DNA from: Octopus sinensis
Taxonomy: Eukaryota
Reading direction: 5' to 3'
Length of the DNA stretch: 7,957 nucleotides
NCBI RefSeq assembly: GCF_006345805.1
Contig: NW_021828687.1
Location: 1 to 7,957 of the forward strand
Positions 1-7,914 of the stretch are shown here, one piece after another. The notes beneath the pieces were generated by a model. That model ran no database searches, was not told the DNA's origin, and saw nothing but the letters and a program-made list of their open reading frames with translations. Numbering within the stretch: position 1 is the stretch's first letter; the number at the start of each line of letters is the position of its first letter. Both the position numbers and the translations under genes were made by a program.

Positions 1-187
1 CGACAAACCGATGCTGGTGTATTTGCGTCTCCGTAACTTAGCGTTTCGGTAAAAGTGACCGATAGAATAAGTACTAGGCTTACAAAGAATAAGTCATGGG
101 GTCGATTCGCTCGACTAAAGGCGGTGCTCCAGCATGGCCGCAGTCAAATTACTGAAACAAATAAAAGAGTAAAAGAGTAAAAGAAGA
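1..187 (+). mobile_element. 3' part of a SINE, 5' end lying upstream of the window, with a (TAAAAGAG)n tail
   Basis: Segment 60-119 aligns with the central part of the SINEs at 5794-6779 (GATAGAATAAGTAC vs GATTAAATAAGTAC; GGGGTCGAT..TCGACT). It ends in an A-rich simple-repeat tail at 162-187. It matches my recollection of a common octopus SINE body (unverified). Confidence 0.7.
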
Positions 188-361
188 GATACACGAAGTA
201 CTTTCTCTTCCAAGCTGTCACATCTGGGGTGATCTGTTGGATTAAATTCTATTTAGGTGAATGTTCTAGTGTTTGTTCGCGTCCATATGGCCATCTAAAA
301 TCATTTTAAGAAACCATGGCCACTACCTATAGCAAATGATACTTGGTTTTTATATCTCAGA

Positions 362-820
362 CTAACTATTTTGACCCGTGCTTCGCTCGGGTTTTGGTGA
401 TGGTGTTGTTTTGTGCGTGTTGTCTCCTTTTTCTTTTCTTCTTTTGTTCGTCTTCTTTACCTGGTTCTTTTTATTGCCCTCTTCTTTACCTCCTTTTCCA
501 AAATCCCTCAAATCTTTACACCTACAATTAAAGATAACCGCTTCTAACCTCTGCAGCCACACGAAAAGCCACCATTATTCAAACAGCGCAACCTGTCTAT
601 CTATCACATAAAACTCAATTTTCCCCATATTCCTCACCATGGCAACCAAACGGTAGCCCCAAGCGACTTGCAACCCTCTTCACACCATTGACCACCCCAT
701 TTTACCCTCCAGTGTAAATTTTGGCGCCAATCCGACCTCATCTACCGTTCCCGTCCCAAAATGAGACAAATAATGAAGGAATTAAACAACTTTTTCGCAT
801 TTCAGCTTTATAAATATTGA
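362..820 (-). mobile_element. Non-autonomous Helitron (canonical TC...hairpin-CTRR type), about 459 bp
   Basis: On the minus strand the 5' end reads A|TCAATATTTATAAAGCTGAA (820 downward). The 3' end has a GC-rich hairpin ACCCGAGCGAAGCACGGGT (392-374) followed 8 nt later by TTAG|T (365-362, one change from CTAG). It sits between A and T with no TSD, which matches established Helitron hallmarks. No Rep/helicase sequence was recognised. Confidence 0.65.
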
Positions 821-1029
821 TAATTCAGATTTGCATCTCTGGTGCTGATAGTATCAGAATGTTGACGCAAAATCCCATGGTTTATACCTAGACGTGAAAC
901 GTAGCTATTCTTGTTTCCGAGAACGAAAGCAACACTCGCATAAAGAACGATCTTTTCATTAACTAAGTGTTACACAAAGACCAATCTATTATATACTTTA
1001 TATTTCGCATTTAATCTGAAGCCCCTAAC

Positions 1030-1167
1030 CCAACGTAATTATGATTCTTAATGCTGATGGCATTAATCATAGATTAGGCCATTTGAACTATCGGGGTATT
1101 ATCTCGATATGTATTTTATTTCTATATCGATAGTTTCATTCATTGGACTGCCGCCATTTTGAAGCAT
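1030..1167. repeat. Left arm of a long inverted repeat (partner 3749-3888)
   Basis: Reverse complement of 3749-3888. Manual alignment gives 5 substitutions and 2 single-base indels over about 140 bp (about 95%). Confidence 0.95.
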
Positions 1168-1315
1168 ATGGCCCTTGGGGGATCCATGTAAGATTTTGCT
1201 ATTAAAATTTATGTAAAATAAATTGGTTATATTGGGTTGTCCGGAAAGTTCGTGCCGAGTTTTAAAGGAAAGAAACAGGCCAATAAATACTTCCCATTAC
1301 ATTTTTAATCAACCA
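1165..1315. mobile_element. Duplicate of the hAT-fragment/mariner-end junction (copy of 3141-3291)
   Basis: 151 bp with 10 substitutions and no indels versus 3141-3291. It includes the same TA|TTGGGTTGTCCGGAAAGTTCGTGCCG mariner terminus (TIR from 1232) and the transposase's final codons and stop. Confidence 0.92.
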
Positions 1316-1357
1316 TGGCTCAGTGGTTAGAGGGTCGAAATTGGGAGTTCAATTCCT
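1316..1357 (+). mobile_element. tRNA-derived SINE head (Pol III A box and B box)
   Basis: A-box-like TGGCTCAGTGG(TTAGAG) at 1316-1326 and B-box-like GAGTTCAATTCC at 1345-1356. There is no full cloverleaf or CCA, so it is not a tRNA gene. Confidence 0.7.
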
Positions 1358-1475
1358 GGACCGAGATAGGGATTTCGATTCCTGGTCGAGATAGTGAGTT
1401 CGATTCCTGGTCGAGATAGAGAGTTCCATTCATGGTCGAGATAGTGAGTTCGGTTCCTGGTCGAGATAGTGAATT
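1333..1475 (+). repeat. 25-bp tandem minisatellite, each unit carrying a tRNA B box (consensus GGTCGAGATAGTGAGTTCGATTCCT)
   Basis: Units start at 1333, 1358 (26 bp), 1384, 1409 and 1434, with a partial unit at 1459-1475. There are no spacers between units. Confidence 0.95.
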
Positions 1476-1998
1476 AGTAATTTCAGTTAGCTATTCTATT
1501 AGGTATAAGGTTTCTCGTTGCGATTACAAATGTAGTGACTAGTAAGCAACAGGTCATTATCCCACGTTAAACATATCAATTATCCATATGAGGATATGGT
1601 ACAAGAATGCGCGCGATTCCAAACCATCAATAATCTACGAATGATTTACAATTTGTACTTGAGTAAGAATCTGTCATGAAATCAATGGAGGATACGAATT
1701 TGTCGACATGAGGGTGGATGAATTGGTTATTTTACTTCGGATAGTTGTCTTAAAAAGTACATAAAATTGATTCGATAAAGACGACGCTATAAATCGTATG
1801 AAAGTCAGATAATTCACCGTTAACCCTTTAGTTCGCGTCAGTCGCTTATGTTCCTTGGACAAACACGAATGCTTATATAAACCCCGTTGCTCCTTTCCTA
1901 TGAGTTCGTGTCATATGTAATGATAAAAGAGTAAATGATGGGGGCGAAGAACAGACGGCCTCCATGAATTTAAGCGGAATTTTGAATTACGTAATAAC

Positions 1999-2097
1999 AT
2001 GATAATGATGATGATGATGATGGTGATGATTGTTGTTGTTATGGTTGTGGTGGTGGTGGGTGGTGATGAGGATGATAATGATGACGATGATGATAAT
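1999..2097. repeat. Compound trinucleotide microsatellite (GAT/GTT/GGT)n
   Basis: Seen directly; it explains the poly-His/Asn/Ile ORF 1987-2178. Confidence 0.95.
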
Positions 2098-2712
2098 TGA
2101 GCACAAATTCATCAGATAAGATAGTTCATGAGGAATTTGATGGATTGCTAAGCGAAGCAACAAAAAAAAAAAAAACATGTCGGTCTATAAGTATGCATTA
2201 AAATTAAATCGCAAAAAAAAAAATATTGCATCTAACGAAGATAAATATCAGTGGAGATTTATTACCGAATAACAACAAACAATGACAATGCAATTAACAA
2301 TTTTATCAGCAGTGTCAGCACTCATGATATTTTAAATATAAGACTGCCAAGTTATTCCTCCCCACGATGGGCCAGTGTTTATAAGAGATGTGAACATTTA
2401 ACAGAGATAGCTATAGACACATGTCAGACACTAGCGAACAGAATACAGTATTCGGTGTGGTGGGTCTAGTTTTAAAATGTAAACAGTGGACGCCCGTGTT
2501 TCACATATGATTCATGGTTCAACGTGTTTGACACTTCTTTTACTAAAACCTGCTGCTCAGTTGCGGTAAATAACAGGTAATATTTACTGTTGAAGTTGCT
2601 GACATCATCAAACTTATTGAGCGAAAAGCAATTTCTTTCCTAATCACTGAGATACAGTGGTACAAACGATTTCCTCGGCAAAATAAGGGTTACGGTAACT
2701 CGTCGGAGAAAT

Positions 2713-2775
2713 GAGCCTCGGCAGTTGGAGTGGCTACAGCCGAGAGTTTCATTGGCCATTCTCCGCAGCAACACT
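2713..2775 (+). repeat. 63-bp direct repeat, copy 1
   Basis: 60/63 identical to 2902-2964. Confidence 0.95.
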
Positions 2776-2901
2776 TTGGCATCCTTTTTTTCTCGGGAGA
2801 CAATGGAGTTGCGCACAAAATAGTCTAGTCCGGCTTTTACATTTCATGTCCTAATACATTTCCTGCTGTGGCTGTGTGGTCCTATCCTGGACAAACACTC
2901 C

Positions 2902-2964
2902 GAGCCTCGCAAGTTGGAGTGGCTACAGCCAAGAGTTTCATTGGCCATTCTCCGCAGCAACACT
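2902..2964 (+). repeat. 63-bp direct repeat, copy 2
   Basis: 60/63 identical to 2713-2775; the copies are separated by 126 bp of unique sequence. Confidence 0.95.
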
Positions 2965-3021
2965 ATAGCAGTCATTACCACGGATTGCGGCTAAGCACTA
3001 CACTTGTTCTGAGATATATGG

Positions 3022-3119
3022 CTCATCTTTCCCTCCTCTCCGTCATCCGCTTCTTTGTTCTCACCTCTTTCTCTTTCCTTTCTTCTTTTTCATCTTTCTT
3101 CTTTCCTGTTTCTTTCTTA
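3022..3119 (+). repeat. Low-complexity polypyrimidine tract (about 100 nt)
   Basis: Almost entirely C/T, and directly followed by AG at 3121-3122. Confidence 0.9.
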
Positions 3120-3205
3120 CAGTGGTTCTCAACCGAGATCCATATGACCCTAGGGGGATCCATGTAAGATTTTGCTGTTAAAATTTATCTAAAATAAAAT
3201 GGTTA
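3120..3205 (+). mobile_element. One end of a hAT (Charlie/MER20-like) non-autonomous DNA transposon, interrupted by mariner
   Basis: Starts with CAGTGGTTCTCAACC, the typical Charlie/MER20-type hAT terminus. The other end and the 8-bp TSD were not found. Confidence 0.65.
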
Positions 3206-3207
3206 TA

Positions 3208-3432
3208 TTGGGTTGTCCGGAAAGTTCGTGCCGATTTTTAAAGGAAAGAAAAAGGTCAATAAATACTTGCCATTACATATTTAATCAACCAAATATGAAA
3301 CATTTTGTTGCTCAGTGCATCTTCATCTTCCCTTTAACTTGAAAATACCTTCTTCCCAGAACTGAGGTGGTTTCACGCAAAAGAATTCATCAAGGTATCT
3401 TTTTACGTCATCCAAGGAATTGAAATTTTTAC
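3208..3432 (-). mobile_element. Mariner (Tc1/mariner) 3' end fragment: TIR, 3' UTR and transposase C-terminus
   Basis: TA at 3206-3207 precedes TTGGGTTGTCCGGAAAGTTCGTGCCGATTTT, which is like the Hsmar1-type TA|TTAGGTTG termini. The transposase remnant reads toward this TIR, and homology stops at about 3432. Confidence 0.88.
3281..3430 (-). pseudogene. Mariner transposase C-terminal fragment with an in-frame stop
   Basis: Manual translation: KNFNSLDDVKRYLDEFFCVKPPQFWEEGIFKLKGR*RCTEQQNVSYLVD*. This fits the mariner C-terminal pattern (F.S..EV...LDEFF..K...F...GI.KL..RW......NG.Y), with the conserved Trp apparently changed TGG>TGA. Confidence 0.88.
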
Positions 3433-3453
3433 AGAAATCCGTCGTACACTCGT

Positions 3454-3568
<115 letters not shown>

Positions 3569-3748
3569 TGTTTGTTGTGTAAGTATGGCCGTCTGTGTGT
3601 ACGTTTATCGGTGTTGAACCGATGACATTGTCAGAAAGCGTGACTCACTGATTTCACAATTTTTATAAATAGAGATCATCTGATAAATTAATTACAAGTA
3701 ATTACTGAAATCGATGTGATCGTCTAAAGAACCTTGAAGAGCAGAGCA

Positions 3749-3888
3749 ATGCTTCAAAATGGCGGCAGTCCAATGAATGAAACTATCGATATAGAAATAA
3801 AATACATATAAGAGATAATACCCCGATAGTTCAAATGGCCTAATCTATGATATAATACCAGGAACATTAAGAATCATAATTACGTTGG
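3749..3888. repeat. Right arm of a long inverted repeat (partner 1030-1167)
   Basis: About 95% identical to the reverse complement of 1030-1167. Confidence 0.95.
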
Positions 3889-4827
3889 TGCTCGAATTTT
3901 GTCACTGCTTTATTGAAACTGAGAGCCGCTGCAATAATTTGATATAAGCCAACCATCACTTGCAGTCATTTGCTTATAAAATTCCGAATATATTTGGCTG
4001 ACCGTGGTCATATCTGTAAAGATTATTGCTAAAGATGTACATCACTCCGCTATCTTCCATAGTAGGGTATTAAAAAGAAGATATAAATCAAGAATATTAT
4101 AACTCGATATGAACGTCCTATAGTAAAGATTATATAATTCTTCATAACTGTATCGATGGCAGTCCCAGACTTTTCGATATTTTGATATTAAATGGAAAAT
4201 GGTGCATTCCAGTGATTGTGGCGTCTATATGGCTCCATTATTCAATAATTTCTGACATGGCTTAATTGACCTGCACTTAAACTTACTGGTGTGATTCGGT
4301 CAAGATGACCTACAGCTTAAGGCGAATGTATACTGCTCACTGTCCAAACATTTCTGCTTAATGCCTTAGGTTTTAAGTGAATATTTGAATATTAGGGCAT
4401 CTGTAGCCGAAGCTTGATGATTCACACGCTGATCCGTTGCTAGCTATAGGACTTCCAGAAAATATCCTTCCGAGAAGAGAAAGAAACAAATAAATAGGTG
4501 TAATTTTGCCTCGAGATATTAAGCTTTAAAACTACTCCATCGGATGACTGCTGCTCCCGTTTCATTGATTTTCTACATTAATCTAAGCAGATTACACTGA
4601 CATTTATGTATTACTACATGCCACTTTCTCATCCAGCATGTCAGTGCAGACATTCTTTTACGGAATTCCAAGTTAATTCATTAAACATTCCTGTACCGTT
4701 TTAAACAATAAACTTGGAAAACAGATTATGCTGAGAAGTCCACCTTATAGCTTTTGCATGTAAACTTCACTAACGCACTTATGCTCCCGTGTTTCCCGCG
4801 TTGAATTAGCGCCAAATGTAATACGTT

Positions 4828-4855
4828 TACATATATATATAATATATTATATATT

Positions 4856-4887
<32 letters not shown>

Positions 4888-4888
4888 G

Positions 4889-4944
<56 letters not shown>

Positions 4945-5234
4945 ATGTATATATATATCGATAAGTATAATATATATATACACACACATAAATATATATA
5001 CATATATATAATACACATATATACATAAATATACTTATAATATAATGCATATATAATATGTATAATATATACATATATGCGTATATGTATATGTTAAATG
5101 TATATATCATATATATATATATAATATATACATATCATAATATGTATACATATGTATACATTGTATATATATAATATGCATATGTAATATGTGTATATTA
5201 TATATATATATGTATATATTATATAATATGTATG

Positions 5235-5266
<32 letters not shown>

Positions 5267-5270
5267 TATA
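4828..5270. repeat. Large degenerate (TA)n/(TATG)n/(CA)n microsatellite field
   Basis: Seen directly; it is the source of the I/Y-rich ORFs at 4827-5388. Confidence 0.97.
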
Positions 5271-5360
5271 CAAACGCACGACGACACAGATACACACACA
5301 TACATATATATTTATACGTAGGTATGCGTATGTGAATCATACAGTCAAATATGCATGCAC

Positions 5361-5468
5361 ATTTATGTATGTATATATCTATATGCATACATATGCATGC
5401 ATGTATGTATGTATGTATGTATTTATTTATTTATTTATTGTGTACGTATGAATGTATTTATATATATA
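5361..5468. repeat. Compound (ATGC)n/(ATGT)n/(ATTT)n/(TA)n microsatellite
   Basis: Seen directly. Confidence 0.9.
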
Positions 5469-5709
5469 GCTATGCATATGTCTATATAAGAATCAGAGAG
5501 TAAATTATACTGAAATGGCGTTAGAATGTAAAAGTAACAAACTTCAGTTCTAAAGAGAGCAGATTAGAATTGCCTGTAATGTTCTCGCATCACGAAATGA
5601 CATTACATCGGTTGGACACGATAAATAGCATCGTTTTAGTTAAATAAGAGACACAATAAATAAATTGTTGTCATGTTACGTTACCTTTTCTGCCTTTTCT
5701 ACCTTTCAG

Positions 5710-5786
5710 TGTTAAAGTGTCTCGAATCCTCACTCGTTGGATTTTCCCACTTCTTCGTCTTCTATCTGGAAACATTTGACCTCACG
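5710..5786 (+). CDS. Candidate 77-nt internal exon of an unidentified gene
   Basis: Strong acceptor TTACCTTTTCTGCCTTTTCTACCTTTCAG| (AG 5708-5709) and donor ACG|GTAAGA (GT 5787-5788). Only one frame is open: (x)LKCLESSLVGFSHFFVFYLETFDLT, entering at phase 1 and leaving at phase 0. I do not recognise the protein, and it could be a non-coding exon. Confidence 0.5.
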
Positions 5787-5793
5787 GTAAGAT

Positions 5794-6006
5794 GACGGTG
5801 AGCTGGCAGAAATGCTTAGCGTTTTTTCCTCTGCCGCTACGTTCTGAGTTCAAATTCCGCCGAGGTCGACTTTGCCTTTCATCCTTTCGGTCTCGATTAA
5901 ATAAGTACCAGTTACGCACTGGAGGTCGATGTAATCGACTTAATCCGTTTGTCCGTCCTCGTTTGTCCTCTTTGTGTTTAGCCCTTCTGTGGGTAGTAAA
6001 GGTATA
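5794..6006 (+). mobile_element. tRNA-derived SINE, cluster A unit 1 (small deletion in the head)
   Basis: Head GACGGTGAGCTGGCAGAA and B box GAGTTCAAATTCC. It aligns with 6505-6733 but lacks about 18 nt of the head (the CGTTAGCACGCCGGG region). It resembles octopus SINEs; the family name was not verified. Confidence 0.85.
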
Positions 6007-6186
6007 GGTATTTCCTCTGCAGTTATGTTCTGAGTTCAAATTCCGCCGAAGTCGACTTGCCTTTCATCCTTTCGGGGTCGATAAATTATGTACCAGTTAC
6101 GCACTGGGGTCGATGTAATCAACTTAATCTGTTTATCTGTCCTTGTTTGCCCCCTCTATGTTTAGCCCTTTGTGGGCAATAAAAAA
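6007..6186 (+). mobile_element. SINE cluster A unit 2 (headless, head-to-tail), ending in an A-rich tail
   Basis: Repeats 5821-6006 with a period of about 186 bp. It starts at GGTATTT, keeps the B box and lacks the A box. Confidence 0.88.
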
Positions 6187-6258
6187 GACGACCGATGAAA
6201 TGAATAAGCGATTACAGACGTCTATTATATTACATATTTTGTACACTTAATGATACTA

Positions 6259-6399
6259 CAATAACACCTCGCCTTACAAGGACCCACTTAACGAGACCAT
6301 GAGTAGACTAGCATTCACGAGTTTTAATTTCTCTTTACGAGTTTACACTTTACGAGCGTCCTACAGGAACGAATTACTTTATATATTGAGATATTACTA
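6259..6399. mobile_element. Decayed Tigger/pogo-like MITE (about 140 bp)
   Basis: Left end TA|CAATAACACCTCGCCTTAC and right end TTGAGATATTACTA form degenerate inverted termini (11/18, mostly transitions) resembling CAGTAATACCTCG. Internal TTACGAG-like motifs recur, and there is a subterminal GGAACGAATTA as in Tigger-type MITEs (recall). Confidence 0.45.
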
Positions 6400-6504
6400 T
6401 CATACCTATTAAAGAACGAAAATATGGATATCCTGTTCATCATCGGCTTGCACTTGCCTTTTAAAATTCATAATTCTAATTCCATTAAGCTTCATCTAAA
6501 AAAT

Positions 6505-6733
6505 GGTGGCGAACTGACAGAATCGTTAGCACGCCGGGGAAAATGCTTAGCGGTATTACGTCTGCCGCTACGTTCTACGTTCAAATTCCGCTGAGGTCGA
6601 CTTTACCTTTTATCCTTTAGGGGTCGATTAAATAAATATCTGATACGCATTAGGGTCGATATAATCGACTTAATCCGTTTGTCTGTCCTTGTTTGTCCTC
6701 TGTGTTTAGCCCCTTGTGGGTAGTAAAGAAATA
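6505..6733 (+). mobile_element. tRNA-derived SINE, cluster B unit 1 (full head)
   Basis: Head GGTGGCGAACTGACAGAATCGTTAGCACGCCGGG, B-box variant GTTCAAATTCC, the same body as cluster A, and tail GTAAAGAAATA. Confidence 0.88.
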
Positions 6734-6779
6734 GGTATTTCGTCTGCCGCCACGTTCTGAGTTCAAATTCCGCCGAGGT
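6734..6779 (+). mobile_element. SINE cluster B unit 2 (headless, truncated)
   Basis: GGTATTTCGTCTGCCGCCACGTTCTGAGTTCAAATTCCGCCGAGGT repeats 6552-6597, with the same junction as 6006/6007. Confidence 0.85.
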
Positions 6780-7369
6780 AACGGAGATATATGCATACTT
6801 CAGGAATTGGTGCTTCTCCTCCAGCACTATATTCAAATTATTAACTATCCACAGACACATATCCACAAATATGTTAGCGGTGTAACGCAACCGGATATAC
6901 AAAATTTACATATTAAACATATCCATGGCCACTGGTTCGTACATATTGATTCCTGGTACGGACACAATATTTTGTTCTGAAGCCATAATTTACTGAAGAG
7001 ATAAACTTAAAAGTGATTGTATCTTACTGTGAAAGAGAAGGTAGGACACAATATTGGCTAATAACCCTTTAATATAATTGATAGTATATTATGGTTGTTT
7101 TATGAAATACAGTGTCCCTAACAGCAAATAATATGCTGGGTTTATTTTATAACGAATGGCGATGCCTCTGGTTATGAAGAGACAAAATATGTTTTCTGAA
7201 GATCTATATACATTATACATCAAAGAAATACGACCACTATATACACATGTATGCATACATACACACATATGCACCGTATAGATAAATATACATGCATTTG
7301 TGTGTATATTTAGACAAATGAATATAGTTATTTATATAAACATATTTTACGTAAATGTACGAAGAATAT

Positions 7370-7450
7370 ATACACATATATGTATGTAAGCATACATTAT
7401 ATATACATATGTGAATATATTAAACATTTACATACACACACGCAAACACG

Positions 7451-7494
<44 letters not shown>

Positions 7495-7542
7495 CACGAC
7501 ATATATGTTTCTGCGTGTCTAAGTGCATTATATATATGTTTG

Positions 7543-7575
<33 letters not shown>

Positions 7576-7690
7576 TTATATATGTATATATATATATATG
7601 TGTGTTGTGTGTGTGTGTGTGTGTATGTGTGTGCGTGTGTATGTATGTATATACACATATGCATATACGCATGTATTTATTCATATGGTT
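7370..7690. repeat. Compound (CA)n-(TA)n-(TG)n microsatellite field
   Basis: Seen directly; it is the source of the H/T/Y/I/C/V ORFs at 7380-7753. Confidence 0.96.
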
Positions 7691-7856
7691 ATGTACGTAT
7701 ATGCGCCATATTTGTACAGCTTTCTCTCTCTAAATGCTAAATTTTCTAATTAGCTTCGGTTTCTTTGCGAATTTTGCACTTTAACCATGCATTACATTCT
7801 ACACAACAATATCCGCAAGCACTACAAAGAATGTATAACATTTTCTTTTAGTCTTC

Positions 7857-7879
7857 TATTTATTTATTTATTTATTTAT
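7857..7879. repeat. (TATT)~6 microsatellite
   Basis: Seen directly. Confidence 0.9.
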
Positions 7880-7914
7880 GTGTTTATTTTGGCCCTGATG
7901 ATCTTGGCTATGAT

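Noticed and set aside
343-611. ORFs 343-531, 362-562 and 378-611 as genes
   Set aside because: They lie in or overlap the putative Helitron's purine/pyrimidine-biased tract. The K/E-rich and F/L-rich compositions follow from that bias, and the minus frame has a stop just upstream (577-575).
1316-1410. tRNA gene
   Set aside because: A and B boxes are present, but I cannot build an acceptor stem or anticodon arm; it fits a SINE head.
1333-1475. CRISPR-like array
   Set aside because: The units are contiguous with no unique spacers, they derive from a tRNA/SINE B box, the context is eukaryotic and there are no cas genes.
2251-2469. 72-aa ORF with SPRWASVY, faintly like the hAT 'TRWNS.Y' motif
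   Set aside because: Only a few residues match, it has a GTG start, and there is no other transposase motif or convincing splice signal. An HMM search against hAT profiles would be needed to revive it.
2655-2665. TA|CAGTGGTAC resembling a Tigger TIR
   Set aside because: The match is only 9 bp and no convincing inverted partner was found.
4040-4223. About 60-codon stop-free minus frame (TPQSLECTIFHLISKYRKVWDCH...)
   Set aside because: No ATG, no polypyrimidine acceptor and no recognisable motif. A run of this length is expected by chance.
4827-5388. I/Y/C-rich ORFs
   Set aside because: These are translations of (TA)n/(TG)n microsatellites.
5782-6902. ORFs 5782-6039, 5792-6007 and 6603-6902
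   Set aside because: They overlap non-coding SINE copies, and their frames are not preserved between copies.
6960-7055. 12-bp direct repeat GGACACAATATT (6960-6971, 7044-7055) as a TSD
   Set aside because: The enclosed 72 bp has no poly-A tail or TE features, and one such match in 8 kb of AT-rich DNA is plausible by chance.
7380-7753. Five overlapping H/T/Y/V/C ORFs
   Set aside because: These are microsatellite translations on both strands.
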